A stretch of DNA of 37,318 nt, from assembly GCA_947501605.1 (NCBI GenBank), contig CANMWZ010000041.1, forward strand, positions 1 through 37,318. The letters run 5' to 3'. This document shows positions 9,621 to 19,585 of this stretch, in pieces. The first letter of the stretch is position 1. Each line of letters opens with the position of its first letter. The notes beneath the pieces are model-generated. The model was not told the DNA's origin and searched no databases. It saw nothing but the letters and a program-made list of their open reading frames with translations. The position numbers were made by a program, and so were the translations under genes. The stretch comes from Planctomycetota bacterium (GTDB lineage: Bacteria > Planctomycetota > UBA1135 > UBA2386).

Positions 9621-12329
9621 ATGCCCTCAAAGAAACCGTCTATCGACCCCGAGTCGCTGCGTCTTGCCGAGGATTCCGACCGGACGCACAACTGGAAGCG
9701 CTTTGGTCCGTACTTGGCCGCACGACAGTGGGGCACTGTGCGCGAGGACTATTCGGCCGACGGTTCGTGCTGGCGCTACTTCCCGCACGAGCACGCACGC
9801 AGTCGCGCCTACCGCTGGGGCGAGGATGGGCTGCTCGGTTGGACGGATCGCCAATGTCGGATCTGCTTCGCAGTGGCGTTATGGAACGGCCGCGACCAGA
9901 TCCTCAAAGAGCGGTTGTTCGGACTCGTGCACGACGAAGGCAATCACGGCGAGGACGTGAAGGAGGAGTACTACTTCTTGGAGTCGACGCCGACGCATTC
10001 GTGGTGCAAGGCGCTCTACAAGTACCCACAGGGCGAGTTCCCGTATGCCGATCTGGTCGCGGAGAACGGTCGGCGAACGCGAACCCAACCCGAGTACGAA
10101 CTCGCGGACACCGGCGCGTTTGTCGACGACCGCTACTTCGATGTCGAGGTCGTCTATGCGAAGGCGAGCGAAGAGGACACCTGCATTCGCCTGCGGGTCA
10201 CAAATCGAGGGCCCGATCGCGCCCCGATCCACATTCTGCCGACGGTGTGGTTTCGCAACTCGTGGTCGTGGGGCTGCGACGAAGAAGGCTGCGGGCTGCG
10301 GCCGCGTCTGAAGCGCGTCGATGGCCGCCGAGTGCAGATCGACGAGCCGACACTCGGTCGCTACGAACTCGCGCTCGACGAGGTCGATGGCGTCGAAGCA
10401 GACCTCTACTTCACGGAGAACGAAACGAATGTCGCGCGCCTCTACGGCGTCAAGAACCCGATGTCCTACGTGAAGGACGCGTTTCACGATCGCGTGGTCC
10501 ACGATCGACTCGACGCCGTGAACGAGGCTGGCAGCGGCACCAAGGCTGCGTTCCATTTGCGACTCGATCTGGCGCCCGGTGAGACTCGCGAGCTGCGTTT
10601 GCGTCTGCGTCCAGTCGAGGGTGCGACAAAGGTACGCTTTGGCGCCCCCTTTCAGCGTGTCTTGGACACTCGCTACTCGGAGTACGACGCGTTCCATCGC
10701 CTGATCGAGCCCGCCGGCATCCTGCCCGCAGAACGCGAGGTCTGTAGGCAAGCGTATGCCGGCCTGTTGTGGTCCAAGCAGTTCTATCACTATGCAGTCG
10801 ATTCGTGGCTGCGTGGCGACAGCAGTCAACCACCGGCTCCTGAGGCGCGGAAGACCGGGCGCAATCACGAATGGCGGCACTTACATGCCCGCGACGTGAT
10901 CTCGATGCCGGACACGTGGGAGTATCCGTGGTTCGCGGCGTGGGACAGCGCCTTCCACATGGTTGCCATGGCGCGGGTCGATGCGCAGTTCGCCAAAGAC
11001 CAACTGCTGCTGTTCTTGCGCGAGTGGTACATGGCGCCGAACGGTGCCATCCCCGCCTACGAGTTCCAGTTCTCGGACGTCAACCCACCGGTGCACGCGT
11101 GGGCGTGCTGGCGCGTCTACAAGATGACGGGGAAGCGTGGGAGTCGCGATCGCAAGTTCCTCGCCCGCGCCTTCCACAAGTTGCTGATCAACTTCACGTG
11201 GTGGGTCAATCGCAAGGACCCGAAGGGCAATCACCTGTTCTCGGGCGGCTTCCTCGGCCTCGACAACATCGGCATCTTCGATCGCTCGCGGCCATTGCCG
11301 GGCGGTGCGGAGTTGCTGCAGGCCGACGGCACGGCGTGGATGGCCTTCTACTGCCTGACGATGTTCGCCATGGCGATCGAGTTGGCGCAGGGCGACGACG
11401 CCTACGAAGACATCGCCAGCAAGTTCTTCGAGCACTTCGTCGGCATCTGCGACGCGATGAACAAGATCGGCGGCCTGGGACTCTGGGACGAGAAGGATGG
11501 CTTCTATCACGACGTGATGCTGCTCGACGGCAAGCCGACACCCTTGCGCGTGCGCTCGATGGTCGGTCTCGTGCCGTTGATTGCCTGCGAGGTGATCTCC
11601 GAAGAGGCGTTTGCTGGCCTTCCGCGCATGCGGCGACGGATCGAGTGGTTCTTGCAGAATCGCCACGACTTGGCCGACGGTATCTCGTACTTCGACCGCG
11701 ACGCGAAAACCGGTCGGGGCCTGCTCGCGATTCCATCGCGGGCGCGACTCGAGCGTGTGCTGCAGCGCGTGTTCGACGAGACCGAGTTCTTGTCGCCGCA
11801 CGGACTGCGGTCGCTCTCGAAGGCGCATGAGGCGCAACCGTTCTCGATGCAGATCGCCGGCGAGGAGTTCGGCGCCGAGTACGAGCCCGGTGAGACCAAG
11901 CACCGCATCTTCGGCGGAAACTCCAATTGGCGTGGTCCGGTGTGGTTCCCGCTCAACTACCTCATCACGGAGGCGCTGCGTCGCTACCACTACTTCTTCG
12001 GCGCCTCGCTCACGGTGCAGGTCGGTAGCGACCCGTCGCAACGCATGGATCTGCGTCAGGCGTCCTTTGAACTCGAACGTCGGCTCGCGAGCCTGTTCAT
12101 GACCAACGCGGGTGGTGCAAGGCCATGTCACGGCGGCGACGCGCGCTACGCCCAGAATCCTGGCTGGAAGGACCTGGTGCTGTTCCACGAGTACTTCGAT
12201 GGCGACACCGGCAAGGGTCTCGGTGCCAGTCACCAGACCGGTTGGACCGCGCTTGCGGCTCGTTGCATCGAGGACCTGGCGGGCGATCGGCCGGCCGCAG
12301 CGGAGAAGGGGGCGCGCAAGCGCCGCTGA
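9621..12329 (+). CDS. Glycoside hydrolase family 63-like glucosidase (MGH1 / YMR196W-like)
   Basis: GPYLAARQWGTVREDYS, GNHGEDVKE, WEYPWFAAWD, GGNSNWRGPVW, GLGASHQTGWT; 902 aa. Confidence 0.9.
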   Translation: MPSKKPSIDPESLRLAEDSDRTHNWKRFGPYLAARQWGTVREDYSADGSCWRYFPHEHARSRAYRWGEDGLLGWTDRQCRICFAVALWNGRDQILKERLFGLVHDEGNHGEDVKEEYYFLESTPTHSWCKALYKYPQGEFPYADLVAENGRRTRTQPEYELADTGAFVDDRYFDVEVVYAKASEEDTCIRLRVTNRGPDRAPIHILPTVWFRNSWSWGCDEEGCGLRPRLKRVDGRRVQIDEPTLGRYELALDEVDGVEADLYFTENETNVARLYGVKNPMSYVKDAFHDRVVHDRLDAVNEAGSGTKAAFHLRLDLAPGETRELRLRLRPVEGATKVRFGAPFQRVLDTRYSEYDAFHRLIEPAGILPAEREVCRQAYAGLLWSKQFYHYAVDSWLRGDSSQPPAPEARKTGRNHEWRHLHARDVISMPDTWEYPWFAAWDSAFHMVAMARVDAQFAKDQLLLFLREWYMAPNGAIPAYEFQFSDVNPPVHAWACWRVYKMTGKRGSRDRKFLARAFHKLLINFTWWVNRKDPKGNHLFSGGFLGLDNIGIFDRSRPLPGGAELLQADGTAWMAFYCLTMFAMAIELAQGDDAYEDIASKFFEHFVGICDAMNKIGGLGLWDEKDGFYHDVMLLDGKPTPLRVRSMVGLVPLIACEVISEEAFAGLPRMRRRIEWFLQNRHDLADGISYFDRDAKTGRGLLAIPSRARLERVLQRVFDETEFLSPHGLRSLSKAHEAQPFSMQIAGEEFGAEYEPGETKHRIFGGNSNWRGPVWFPLNYLITEALRRYHYFFGASLTVQVGSDPSQRMDLRQASFELERRLASLFMTNAGGARPCHGGDARYAQNPGWKDLVLFHEYFDGDTGKGLGASHQTGWTALAARCIEDLAGDRPAAAEKGARKRR

Positions 12330-12485
12330 CGGCGGGATCGGCATTGCTGGCGGCTATAACCACCGAATGGCGCGTCAGGGGGAACTTGCTGTCGTCGGCC
12401 ATGAGCGGTGGCATTCTGCGTTCCTTGGCCGCTTAGGCAGGGGGCAGGATGAGGTCTTGCGTCGGCGCTTCCTCGCAGCGACCCG

Positions 12486-13910
12486 TCACCGCGTGAGCGG
12501 CACGTTCGTTCGCTCGGGCTTGACGTCAAAGGCCAGGGACTGGAACCAAGGGAACAGATCCTTGTCGACCGCCCTACTCCACACTGCGACCAGATCGTCG
12601 AACGAGTAGCTGTCGCGCCCAGGTTGCAGCACCTCGCGCTTGGTCCTGAAGTACTTCGCCAAGGCTCCCGGTCCGTGCCTTCGCTCCAGTTCGTCGAAGA
12701 CGAAGTACGACTTGCCCCACACCAGGTCGCGATGCGCGTCGTCGGCGAGTGCGTTCTGGCGATCGAACTTCGGGTCGTGCCGGCGCGCCTGCTTGATCTG
12801 TCGATCGAGCGTCTCTTGCGCTTCCTTCATGCCCAGGCGAAGTCCGACTTGGATCCCGAGGTAAGTGGCGATTGGCTCATTCCACAGCGGTTCCGGATAC
12901 GGCAACACCCACGAGTGGCCGGCCTCGTGACCGATCAACTCGATCATCGCGTAGCGGTTGCTTGGGTAGTCGCCCCACCAGGCCCCGATCGCAATGCGCT
13001 CACCGCTGGAGAAGCCGCCACCGCCGGTAGGCAACACCAGCAGCTTCTTGATCATGCCCGCCGCCGGTTCGACGCCGGTGATGGCGACGAGGTGGGGACG
13101 CACCAACTCGTACTCTTTGGCAATCGCCGCTGCGAATGGCGCGGTGCCGTCGTGGTACTCCAGCGTGAGCGGGCCCAGTTGTTGGGTGTCCTCGGCCCAG
13201 GTCGAACTGTGTGCCCGCTTGGCGTCGACCGACTTCGATTGGGTGGCATGCAACAACAGTGGCGTGATCCATGCTGCGTTGATCGGGTCGGACGCGTCGG
13301 GGTTGCTGCCAAACAGGCCGCGGCTCGACGCGAGCAGGCGGCCCTTGCCCACAGCGCGCTGCGCAAGGAGCGGCCGGCCGCCCTGGTCGGTGACGAGGCC
13401 CGACCACTCGAGATCGACCTCGAGCAGGTTGCCCGGGCGGTTTTCGATCGCGACGTTGTTGGCGCCCACCAGGACCTGCAGTGTTTTGGTGGAGTGCGGT
13501 TTCGTGCCGGCATCCACGTCCGTCGACGCCGCACCGTGACGTCGCAGGATGGCGTTGCCAGGACTGTCCTTGCCGTCGAGCAGCACCAGTACCGCGCCAC
13601 CACCCGCGAGGAACGCGTCGACGGTTCGCAGACTCGCGTCGCTGTACGGTAGACGGCGGTCACCGCCCGCGAGCACCAGCAGATTGGTGTTCGCCAGGTC
13701 GAGCTCAGCGAGGCTTCCCCAGTTGCGGGCGTCCTCACCATGGCCTTCCAGATACTGCCGGAAGAACCGACCATCCATGTAGAAGGTGAACTCCTGACTG
13801 ATGTCGCAAACGCAGTGCACACGCTGGGGTGTTGGCTTCGCTTCTGCCTGCGCGCCAGCGGTGGACGCAACCAAGAGGGTGGCGACGAGAACCGCCGCGC
13901 GTGCCGTCAC
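12486..13910 (-). CDS. Secreted HExxH zinc metallopeptidase-like protein (gluzincin / M60-like)
   Basis: Signal peptide ending AGA-Q; HEAGH followed 12 residues later by E (WNE); start overlaps the upstream stop (GTGA). Confidence 0.75.
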   Translation of the reverse strand: MTARAAVLVATLLVASTAGAQAEAKPTPQRVHCVCDISQEFTFYMDGRFFRQYLEGHGEDARNWGSLAELDLANTNLLVLAGGDRRLPYSDASLRTVDAFLAGGGAVLVLLDGKDSPGNAILRRHGAASTDVDAGTKPHSTKTLQVLVGANNVAIENRPGNLLEVDLEWSGLVTDQGGRPLLAQRAVGKGRLLASSRGLFGSNPDASDPINAAWITPLLLHATQSKSVDAKRAHSSTWAEDTQQLGPLTLEYHDGTAPFAAAIAKEYELVRPHLVAITGVEPAAGMIKKLLVLPTGGGGFSSGERIAIGAWWGDYPSNRYAMIELIGHEAGHSWVLPYPEPLWNEPIATYLGIQVGLRLGMKEAQETLDRQIKQARRHDPKFDRQNALADDAHRDLVWGKSYFVFDELERRHGPGALAKYFRTKREVLQPGRDSYSFDDLVAVWSRAVDKDLFPWFQSLAFDVKPERTNVPLTR

Positions 13911-14674
13911 TGCATCACCAGCGGCAGCAGTGCTTCTCCCCAGATGCGATAGCCGTCCTTCGACAAGTGCAGCGAGTCCGGCATCACGTCTTTGCTGATT
14001 GCACCGTTGGCGTCGACAAACAGATCGCCGACCGCGTGGATGCGCAACGGCTGCTGATCGGTCTTTGCGTTCTCATTGCGCTCACGCACGAACGCGCGCA
14101 ACGCTTGGTTGATCTGCGCGATGTCGCCGCGCATTGGATTCATCGCATCACCGCGCGGGAAGATCTCGAGCACGTGCACGGTCGCCTCCTTGCACTGCGC
14201 CTGCAGAGTGGTGATCACCGCCTTGACGCCGGCCAGAGTCTGCTCGGCATTGCTTTTACCGTGGCCGAGATTGTTGGTGCCGATCATCAGCACAACGTGC
14301 TTTGGCGCGAGGCGCGTCAAGGGCGCTTGTTCGAGGCGATACAAGACGTGCTCGGTGCGGTCGCCGCTATTGCCGAGATTGAGCGCACCGATCGAGTCGA
14401 AATGCAGCTTCCAGAACTCGCTGCCGGCGTCTTCCCAGGCCTGCGTGATCGAGTCACCGACGAACACAATCGAGACTGGCGCGGTATCCCGGGCTCGGCG
14501 CAAGACCTCCTTTTCGCGGGCGATGGCCCACTGATCGGTGCGCGGCACCGGCACGAGCGAACTCACCTTCTGCGTCTTGACTGGGTCCTGCGCGGCGTCC
14601 TTCTGCAACGGCAGTGCGAACAGCATGGCAGCGGTGGCGACCGCGAGAAGAGGCAGTGGCGAATGGACGAGCAT
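13907..14674 (-). CDS. Secreted SGNH/GDSL hydrolase (PAF-acetylhydrolase-like)
   Basis: FVGDSIT, SGDRT, IGTNN and DSLH blocks; hydrophobic N-terminus from ATG 14674. Confidence 0.9.
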   Translation of the reverse strand: MLVHSPLPLLAVATAAMLFALPLQKDAAQDPVKTQKVSSLVPVPRTDQWAIAREKEVLRRARDTAPVSIVFVGDSITQAWEDAGSEFWKLHFDSIGALNLGNSGDRTEHVLYRLEQAPLTRLAPKHVVLMIGTNNLGHGKSNAEQTLAGVKAVITTLQAQCKEATVHVLEIFPRGDAMNPMRGDIAQINQALRAFVRERNENAKTDQQPLRIHAVGDLFVDANGAISKDVMPDSLHLSKDGYRIWGEALLPLVMQ

Positions 14675-14727
14675 CGCCAGACGGTCGCCGGGTGCACCCT
14701 GCGCGTCAAGCGTGCACTCGGTGCAGC

Positions 14728-16302
14728 TCAGCGCGCGTGCTCGGCGGCGTCGTGCGCCAGCGCGGCGCGCAGATCGGCCTGTGCCCGGCGGTAGGCGAGT
14801 TGGGCATCGAGTTCGAGCACCTGGGCGTCCGCGAGCTGCACTTCGCGCAGTTGGATGCGAAGGAGGTCGCTGCGTCCGCGCTCGAGGGCGCGTTCTTCGG
14901 CGGTGACCAGTTCGCGTGCCAGTTGTACGTTGCGCTGCGTGCTGCCGATCTGGTCGAGCGCGGCGCGTGTCGCGGAGCGCGCGTCGGCGATGTCGTTGAC
15001 GATCCGTTCGCGAGCGAAGCGCTCTTCGATCAAGACCTGACTCAGACGTGCAATCGCCTGCTCGCGGCGACCGAGCGCGTCGCGGCGCTGGAGCGGCAGC
15101 TTCAGCTCGCCACCGATCCACAGCTCCAGGTCTTCGCGGTCGTTGTACGGACCATTGCTCAGCGATCGCGCCGCTTCGACGACAAAGTCGAGGCTCGGCA
15201 GGGTCTGGTTCTCGGCGAGCTCGAGGTCGGTGCGAGCGCGGTCGATGAGCAGCTGAAAGCGGCGCAGTTCTGGTCGCTGGCGCATGGCCGTGGCGATGTC
15301 GGCTTCGAGCGCATTCGGCAGCGCGATCGGGGGCGGCAGTTCGGTCGGCAGTCGCTCAGGACCTGGCACCAGAGGTGCGTCGTTGGCGTCGCGCAAGAAC
15401 AGCGAGATCTCGAGGGCAACCTGTTGGAACTGTCGCTCGGCATTGACCACGAAGACGCGGCGCTGGGCGATCAAGCGTTCGTTGTCGGTGATGTCGATCG
15501 GCGCCAAGAACTCGCGGGCGACGGCGCGCTGCAAGGCGTCCACGCGATCGGTTGCGAGGCGCAGCAGCTCGCGGGCGACCTGAATGCGTTGGCCGGCGGC
15601 GATCCAGGTGAAGTAGGTGCGCGTTGCCGCGCGCACATAGTCGATGCGCGCACGAGCGATGGTCGGATCGGCGAGCATCACGTCGATCTCGGCTTGGCGG
15701 ACGCCCGTGCGGCGACGGTCCATGGCGCGATCGCGCAGCAAGGGCACACGACCGCCGAAGACGAGTTCGCCGCTGTCCTGCGTGCGGTCCTTGTTGTAGT
15801 CCGGCAGATTGCCGTCGCTGATGCGGTAGCCGCCGTAGAGCGTGTCACCGGTTGCGAGCGGCTGTTCGAGCAGACTCTGACCCAGCGTGGATTGGTAGAA
15901 GCCCTGGATCTGGCCGCCGACCTTGGCACCCAGAGTCGTGTCGAAGGCGCCCATGGCCTGCGTCAGTCGGCCAGACGCCAAGTCGCGTTCGAGCAGCGTA
16001 CTCAGGTACGGCGGGTAGCGGCTGACGACGGAGTCGATGACGACGTCGAGCAGCAGCGGGCCGGCGACAGCGCTGTTGGGCTGCGCATCGGTCGCGGCGC
16101 CGGTGTTCGGCATCGTGCCGTGCTGTTGTTCAAAACCCGTGTCGAGCGCCTGCGCGCCATCGGGCAGCGCAAAGCTGAGTTCGACGGGGCGAGGTTGGTA
16201 TCGCTGCGGGGCGCAGGCAGCAAGCGCGACCAGCACGACAACAGCGCTGGCGGCGGTTGCGCGCACGCGCTCCGAGCGCAGGATCCGCGCGCTGGCCTTC
16301 AT
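14728..16302 (-). CDS. TolC family outer-membrane efflux lipoprotein
   Basis: Lipobox LAAC; repeated helical/beta OEP pattern ('RQRPEL', 'LPSLDF', 'G-x-SDLL'); ATGA overlap with the HlyD stop. Confidence 0.88.
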   Translation of the reverse strand: MKASARILRSERVRATAASAVVVLVALAACAPQRYQPRPVELSFALPDGAQALDTGFEQQHGTMPNTGAATDAQPNSAVAGPLLLDVVIDSVVSRYPPYLSTLLERDLASGRLTQAMGAFDTTLGAKVGGQIQGFYQSTLGQSLLEQPLATGDTLYGGYRISDGNLPDYNKDRTQDSGELVFGGRVPLLRDRAMDRRRTGVRQAEIDVMLADPTIARARIDYVRAATRTYFTWIAAGQRIQVARELLRLATDRVDALQRAVAREFLAPIDITDNERLIAQRRVFVVNAERQFQQVALEISLFLRDANDAPLVPGPERLPTELPPPIALPNALEADIATAMRQRPELRRFQLLIDRARTDLELAENQTLPSLDFVVEAARSLSNGPYNDREDLELWIGGELKLPLQRRDALGRREQAIARLSQVLIEERFARERIVNDIADARSATRAALDQIGSTQRNVQLARELVTAEERALERGRSDLLRIQLREVQLADAQVLELDAQLAYRRAQADLRAALAHDAAEHAR

Positions 16303-17711
16303 TTGCCGCCGCCACCCTTGTTGGCTTGGTCGTCGTCCGGTCGCTGCACCGTGGGCGGGAAGCCGTTGAGTTGACGCCAGATCTCGAAGCCCAACGACAC
16401 GCGGTCGAGCACGATCCAACCCTTGGCGCGTACGCCTTGCTTGAGCCACGGCTCGCCGGGCCATGCATGAGGATTGCCCGCTTGGCTGACCTTGTCGAAG
16501 GTCACGACGTTGCGGATCCACTCGACCATGGGGCCTTCGGGGCTGGCGAATGAGCGCTCGTCTGGCAGCACCATCACGCGGTAATTGCCGCTGCCGTCGT
16601 CAAAGCGATCGCCGAACGCAACCTGGCCACCGAAGGTGCCGATGGCGGCCGATGGCCAACCGACCCATTGGATCGCTGGCCAGCCTTCGAACTGAAGTCG
16701 TACGTGACGGCCGACGTCGACGAACGTGACATCGTTGCCGTCGATCAGCAGCTCGACGGCGAGCTGCTTGGTTTCGGGAATCAGGATCGCGAGCGTCGTC
16801 GATTGTTTGACAAACACCCCACCCTGGCCGTTTGCGCGCAGGTTCTGAACGAAGCCGGTGACGGGCGCGGTGATCTGTTGCTGCTTCTGTCGATCGAGGT
16901 CGCGGCGCAGGCGCGGAATGGTGCCTTCGGCCTCGGCGACCTCACCGTCGGCAGTGTCGCGCATCGCCTTGGCGGTCTGGATCTTGACCTGCTCGTCGCG
17001 CTCGACGCGCAATCGTGCACTCCGACGGGCCCGCAGGTTGGCAGCGGCGCCGACGACCGCGGCACTGCGCGAGTCGAGTTCGGCGTGAGCGATCGCGAGC
17101 AGTTGGCGGGCGTTCGCGAGTTCGATCGAGGCACCGATGCGATCTTCGACCAGACCAGCCCACATCGTCTCGCTGACGATGCGGAACTTGACGTTCTCTG
17201 CGGCAACCTTGACCGCTTGCTCAGCAACCACCACGGCCTGCTCGGCGGCGGCGATCTCGTCGTCGGCAAACTGCATTGCCGCCTCGCGCGCCTTCTCCGC
17301 TTCCTCGACCTGACGTGAGTACTGAGCGCTCTTCTGCTTGGCCGCGGCGAGCTTTTGCTGTGCGGCGGTCAGCTGTTCGGCCAGTCGCTGCAGGATCAGT
17401 GGGTCATTGTCGGCGAGGTCGACGATCGGGTCGCCCTTGTTGACCTGCTGGCCTTCGCGGACGTGCCATTGCAGGACGACGCCGTCGGTTCGTGCCTGGA
17501 GCGGCATGGGGCGATCGACCGGGTCAAACGCGATCACGCGACCTTGTCCGGCGAGGTTCTGTTGCCACGGTGCGAACACGAGCACGAAGGGCGTCACGAC
17601 CAGCACCAGCATCATGAAGCGGCCAAAGCGTCGCGTGACGCGGCGTTTGCCGGCGGTCTGCAGCGCCGGCAACTCGATCGCGGGATAGCCGGGTACCAGG
17701 GTGTCGGCCAT
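16299..17711 (-). CDS. HlyD family membrane fusion protein
   Basis: N-terminal TM helix, lipoyl half-motifs (VREGQQVNKGDP; ITAPVTG), long coiled coil, VRLQFEGWPA. Confidence 0.9.
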   Translation of the reverse strand: MADTLVPGYPAIELPALQTAGKRRVTRRFGRFMMLVLVVTPFVLVFAPWQQNLAGQGRVIAFDPVDRPMPLQARTDGVVLQWHVREGQQVNKGDPIVDLADNDPLILQRLAEQLTAAQQKLAAAKQKSAQYSRQVEEAEKAREAAMQFADDEIAAAEQAVVVAEQAVKVAAENVKFRIVSETMWAGLVEDRIGASIELANARQLLAIAHAELDSRSAAVVGAAANLRARRSARLRVERDEQVKIQTAKAMRDTADGEVAEAEGTIPRLRRDLDRQKQQQITAPVTGFVQNLRANGQGGVFVKQSTTLAILIPETKQLAVELLIDGNDVTFVDVGRHVRLQFEGWPAIQWVGWPSAAIGTFGGQVAFGDRFDDGSGNYRVMVLPDERSFASPEGPMVEWIRNVVTFDKVSQAGNPHAWPGEPWLKQGVRAKGWIVLDRVSLGFEIWRQLNGFPPTVQRPDDDQANKGGGGK

Positions 17712-19413
17712 GGTCAATTGAATGCCCGTCCTTGTAGTCCTGGCGGCGGCGCATTGGGCGCTTCGCGGAGGGGTCGATGTCGATCATGCGATCGCAGGCG
17801 GCGATGACGTCTTCCACCTGCGACACCACGAGCATGGTCCATCTGTGGCGCTTGTCGAACAGATGTTCGACGACCTGCTTGCGCGTGTCCCAGGGTAAGG
17901 CGTCGAGGGCTCCGTCGAGCAGTAGCACACGCGGCTCGCGAACGATGGCACGGGCGAGCATCAGGCGACTCGATTGACTGGCGGACAACGGCGTCCCTCG
18001 CGTGGTGAGCGGGGTGTCGAGGCCCTTTGGCAGCGCCAGGATCTCATCGAGCAAGGAGACGTCGGCGAGCGCGTTGCGGATGCGATCTGGGGCGATGTCG
18101 GTTCGGCCGAACTGGATGTTCTGCAGGATCGTGCCCTCGACGATCTCGGTGCCGTGCACCAAGGAGATCTGGTCCCGCATCTGATCGAGCCGCAATTGTC
18201 GAAGGTCGATGCCGTCGATCGTGACGTAGCCAGTGCTGGGATGACGCAGGCCGTAGAGCACGTCGAGTGCGTAACTGGAGCTGCCTCCGGTCGAACCGAG
18301 CAGGGCGATGCGCTCGCCGGCAGCCGCCGCAAACACGACGTGCTCGAGCGCGAGTGTGCCATCGGGCCGCAGGCAGGAGACATCGTGCATTTGCAGCGTC
18401 AGCCCGTCCTTCCCGTCCGGCAGTGCTGCACCGGCTTGCCTTTGGAGCGGGAGGTCGATCAGGTGCCCGAGTTTGTCCGACGCGGCGCAGACCTGGTACC
18501 ACTCCTGCAAGGTCTCGCCGAGCTTGGTGATGTTGGCGACGACCGACGTGACGATGAGTTCGCTGGCAACCAACTGACCGGGCGTCAACTGCTGGCTGAT
18601 GACGAGCCAGCCACCGATGCCGAGGACGGCGGTGCTCGCCACGATCTGCAGGCCGAGGGCGCTGAGAATCTGGCGGAAGAGGATGCGAAAGTGCTTCCGG
18701 CGCGCAGCGACGTAGTCGCGACACAGCGTGTCGGCGCGATCGGAGGCAAAGTCGGCGCCGCCTTTGGTGCAGAACGCGGTGGTGTGCCGCGCCAGTTCTT
18801 GTAGCCACGCCCCGGTCTCGTACTTGGCCAACGAGGTGTCGATCGCCGTGCGCACGCCACCGACACCGAGCCCGAAGACGAGCACAAGGATGGCAACCAG
18901 CAGGGCCAGCACGAGGATCAGCAAGAACGGGTGGTAGAAGGACAACACGACCATGCCGACAACGGTCGACAGGACGATGTTGGTGAGCGTGAGGCAGAGC
19001 TTGGACGAGCTCTTCTGCACGGTGGCGGTGTCAAAGAAGCGATTGACCAACTCCGGCCCGTAGCGTCGGTCGAACGCGGCGATATCAACGCGAGGCAGTC
19101 GCCACGACAGGTCGCTGGTGACGCGGACGAAGATCCTCCGCTCGATCACTTCGGCGACGAAGATCTGCAGTGCACGCAGAATGCCCTGCAGCACGAGACA
19201 TCCGAGCAAGACGCCGACGAGGACGACCAGCGGTGTCAGCAACGTGCCGAACATGATGCTGCTGATCAGCGCGTCGACCGTGAGCGGTACGGCCAGCATC
19301 AGCACGGCACTCGCAGCCCCGTAGACGACCATGATGCCGAGGTCGCTGGCCTCCGGACGGAGGAGGCGGAGATACTGCTTCCAGGCCTTGCGCCCGTGAT
19401 TGGAATCCGTCAT
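17524..19413 (-). CDS. ABC exporter (TMD + NBD fused, type I secretion-like) with degenerate ATPase motifs
   Basis: Multiple TM helices, then NBD with GTILQNI, LSASQ, LARA and VLLLDG. The ORF overlaps the HlyD gene by ~190 nt, so the true 3' end may be 17714. Confidence 0.85.
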   Translation of the reverse strand: MTDSNHGRKAWKQYLRLLRPEASDLGIMVVYGAASAVLMLAVPLTVDALISSIMFGTLLTPLVVLVGVLLGCLVLQGILRALQIFVAEVIERRIFVRVTSDLSWRLPRVDIAAFDRRYGPELVNRFFDTATVQKSSSKLCLTLTNIVLSTVVGMVVLSFYHPFLLILVLALLVAILVLVFGLGVGGVRTAIDTSLAKYETGAWLQELARHTTAFCTKGGADFASDRADTLCRDYVAARRKHFRILFRQILSALGLQIVASTAVLGIGGWLVISQQLTPGQLVASELIVTSVVANITKLGETLQEWYQVCAASDKLGHLIDLPLQRQAGAALPDGKDGLTLQMHDVSCLRPDGTLALEHVVFAAAAGERIALLGSTGGSSSYALDVLYGLRHPSTGYVTIDGIDLRQLRLDQMRDQISLVHGTEIVEGTILQNIQFGRTDIAPDRIRNALADVSLLDEILALPKGLDTPLTTRGTPLSASQSSRLMLARAIVREPRVLLLDGALDALPWDTRKQVVEHLFDKRHRWTMLVVSQVEDVIAACDRMIDIDPSAKRPMRRRQDYKDGHSIDHGRHPGTRLSRDRVAGAADRRQTPRHATLWPLHDAGAGRDALRARVRTVATEPRRTRSRDRV

Positions 19414-19585
19414 CGCGAGCAAGAGGGCAGTGGCAGAGTCGGCGCCGAGGCGATGCGGCGCGAAGTCTCTGTGACCCGTTCGAAGGGGCCCGAAACGGGG
19501 GTGAATCGGGGGCGGAGTTAGGGGATGGGGTGGGCCGAGTCAACGGACGAAATCGCGCCACTGTGCACCGGCGCGAACAACGGCC

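Noticed and set aside
2916..12329. GT4 + GH63 as a compatible-solute pathway
   Set aside because: The genes are 5.5 kb apart with unrelated genes between; no synthase or phosphatase partner is visible.
10881..12344. 487-aa minus-strand ORF (and similar ones at 27322-29109 and 14614-16374)
   Set aside because: Antisense to clear genes; no independent coding signal.
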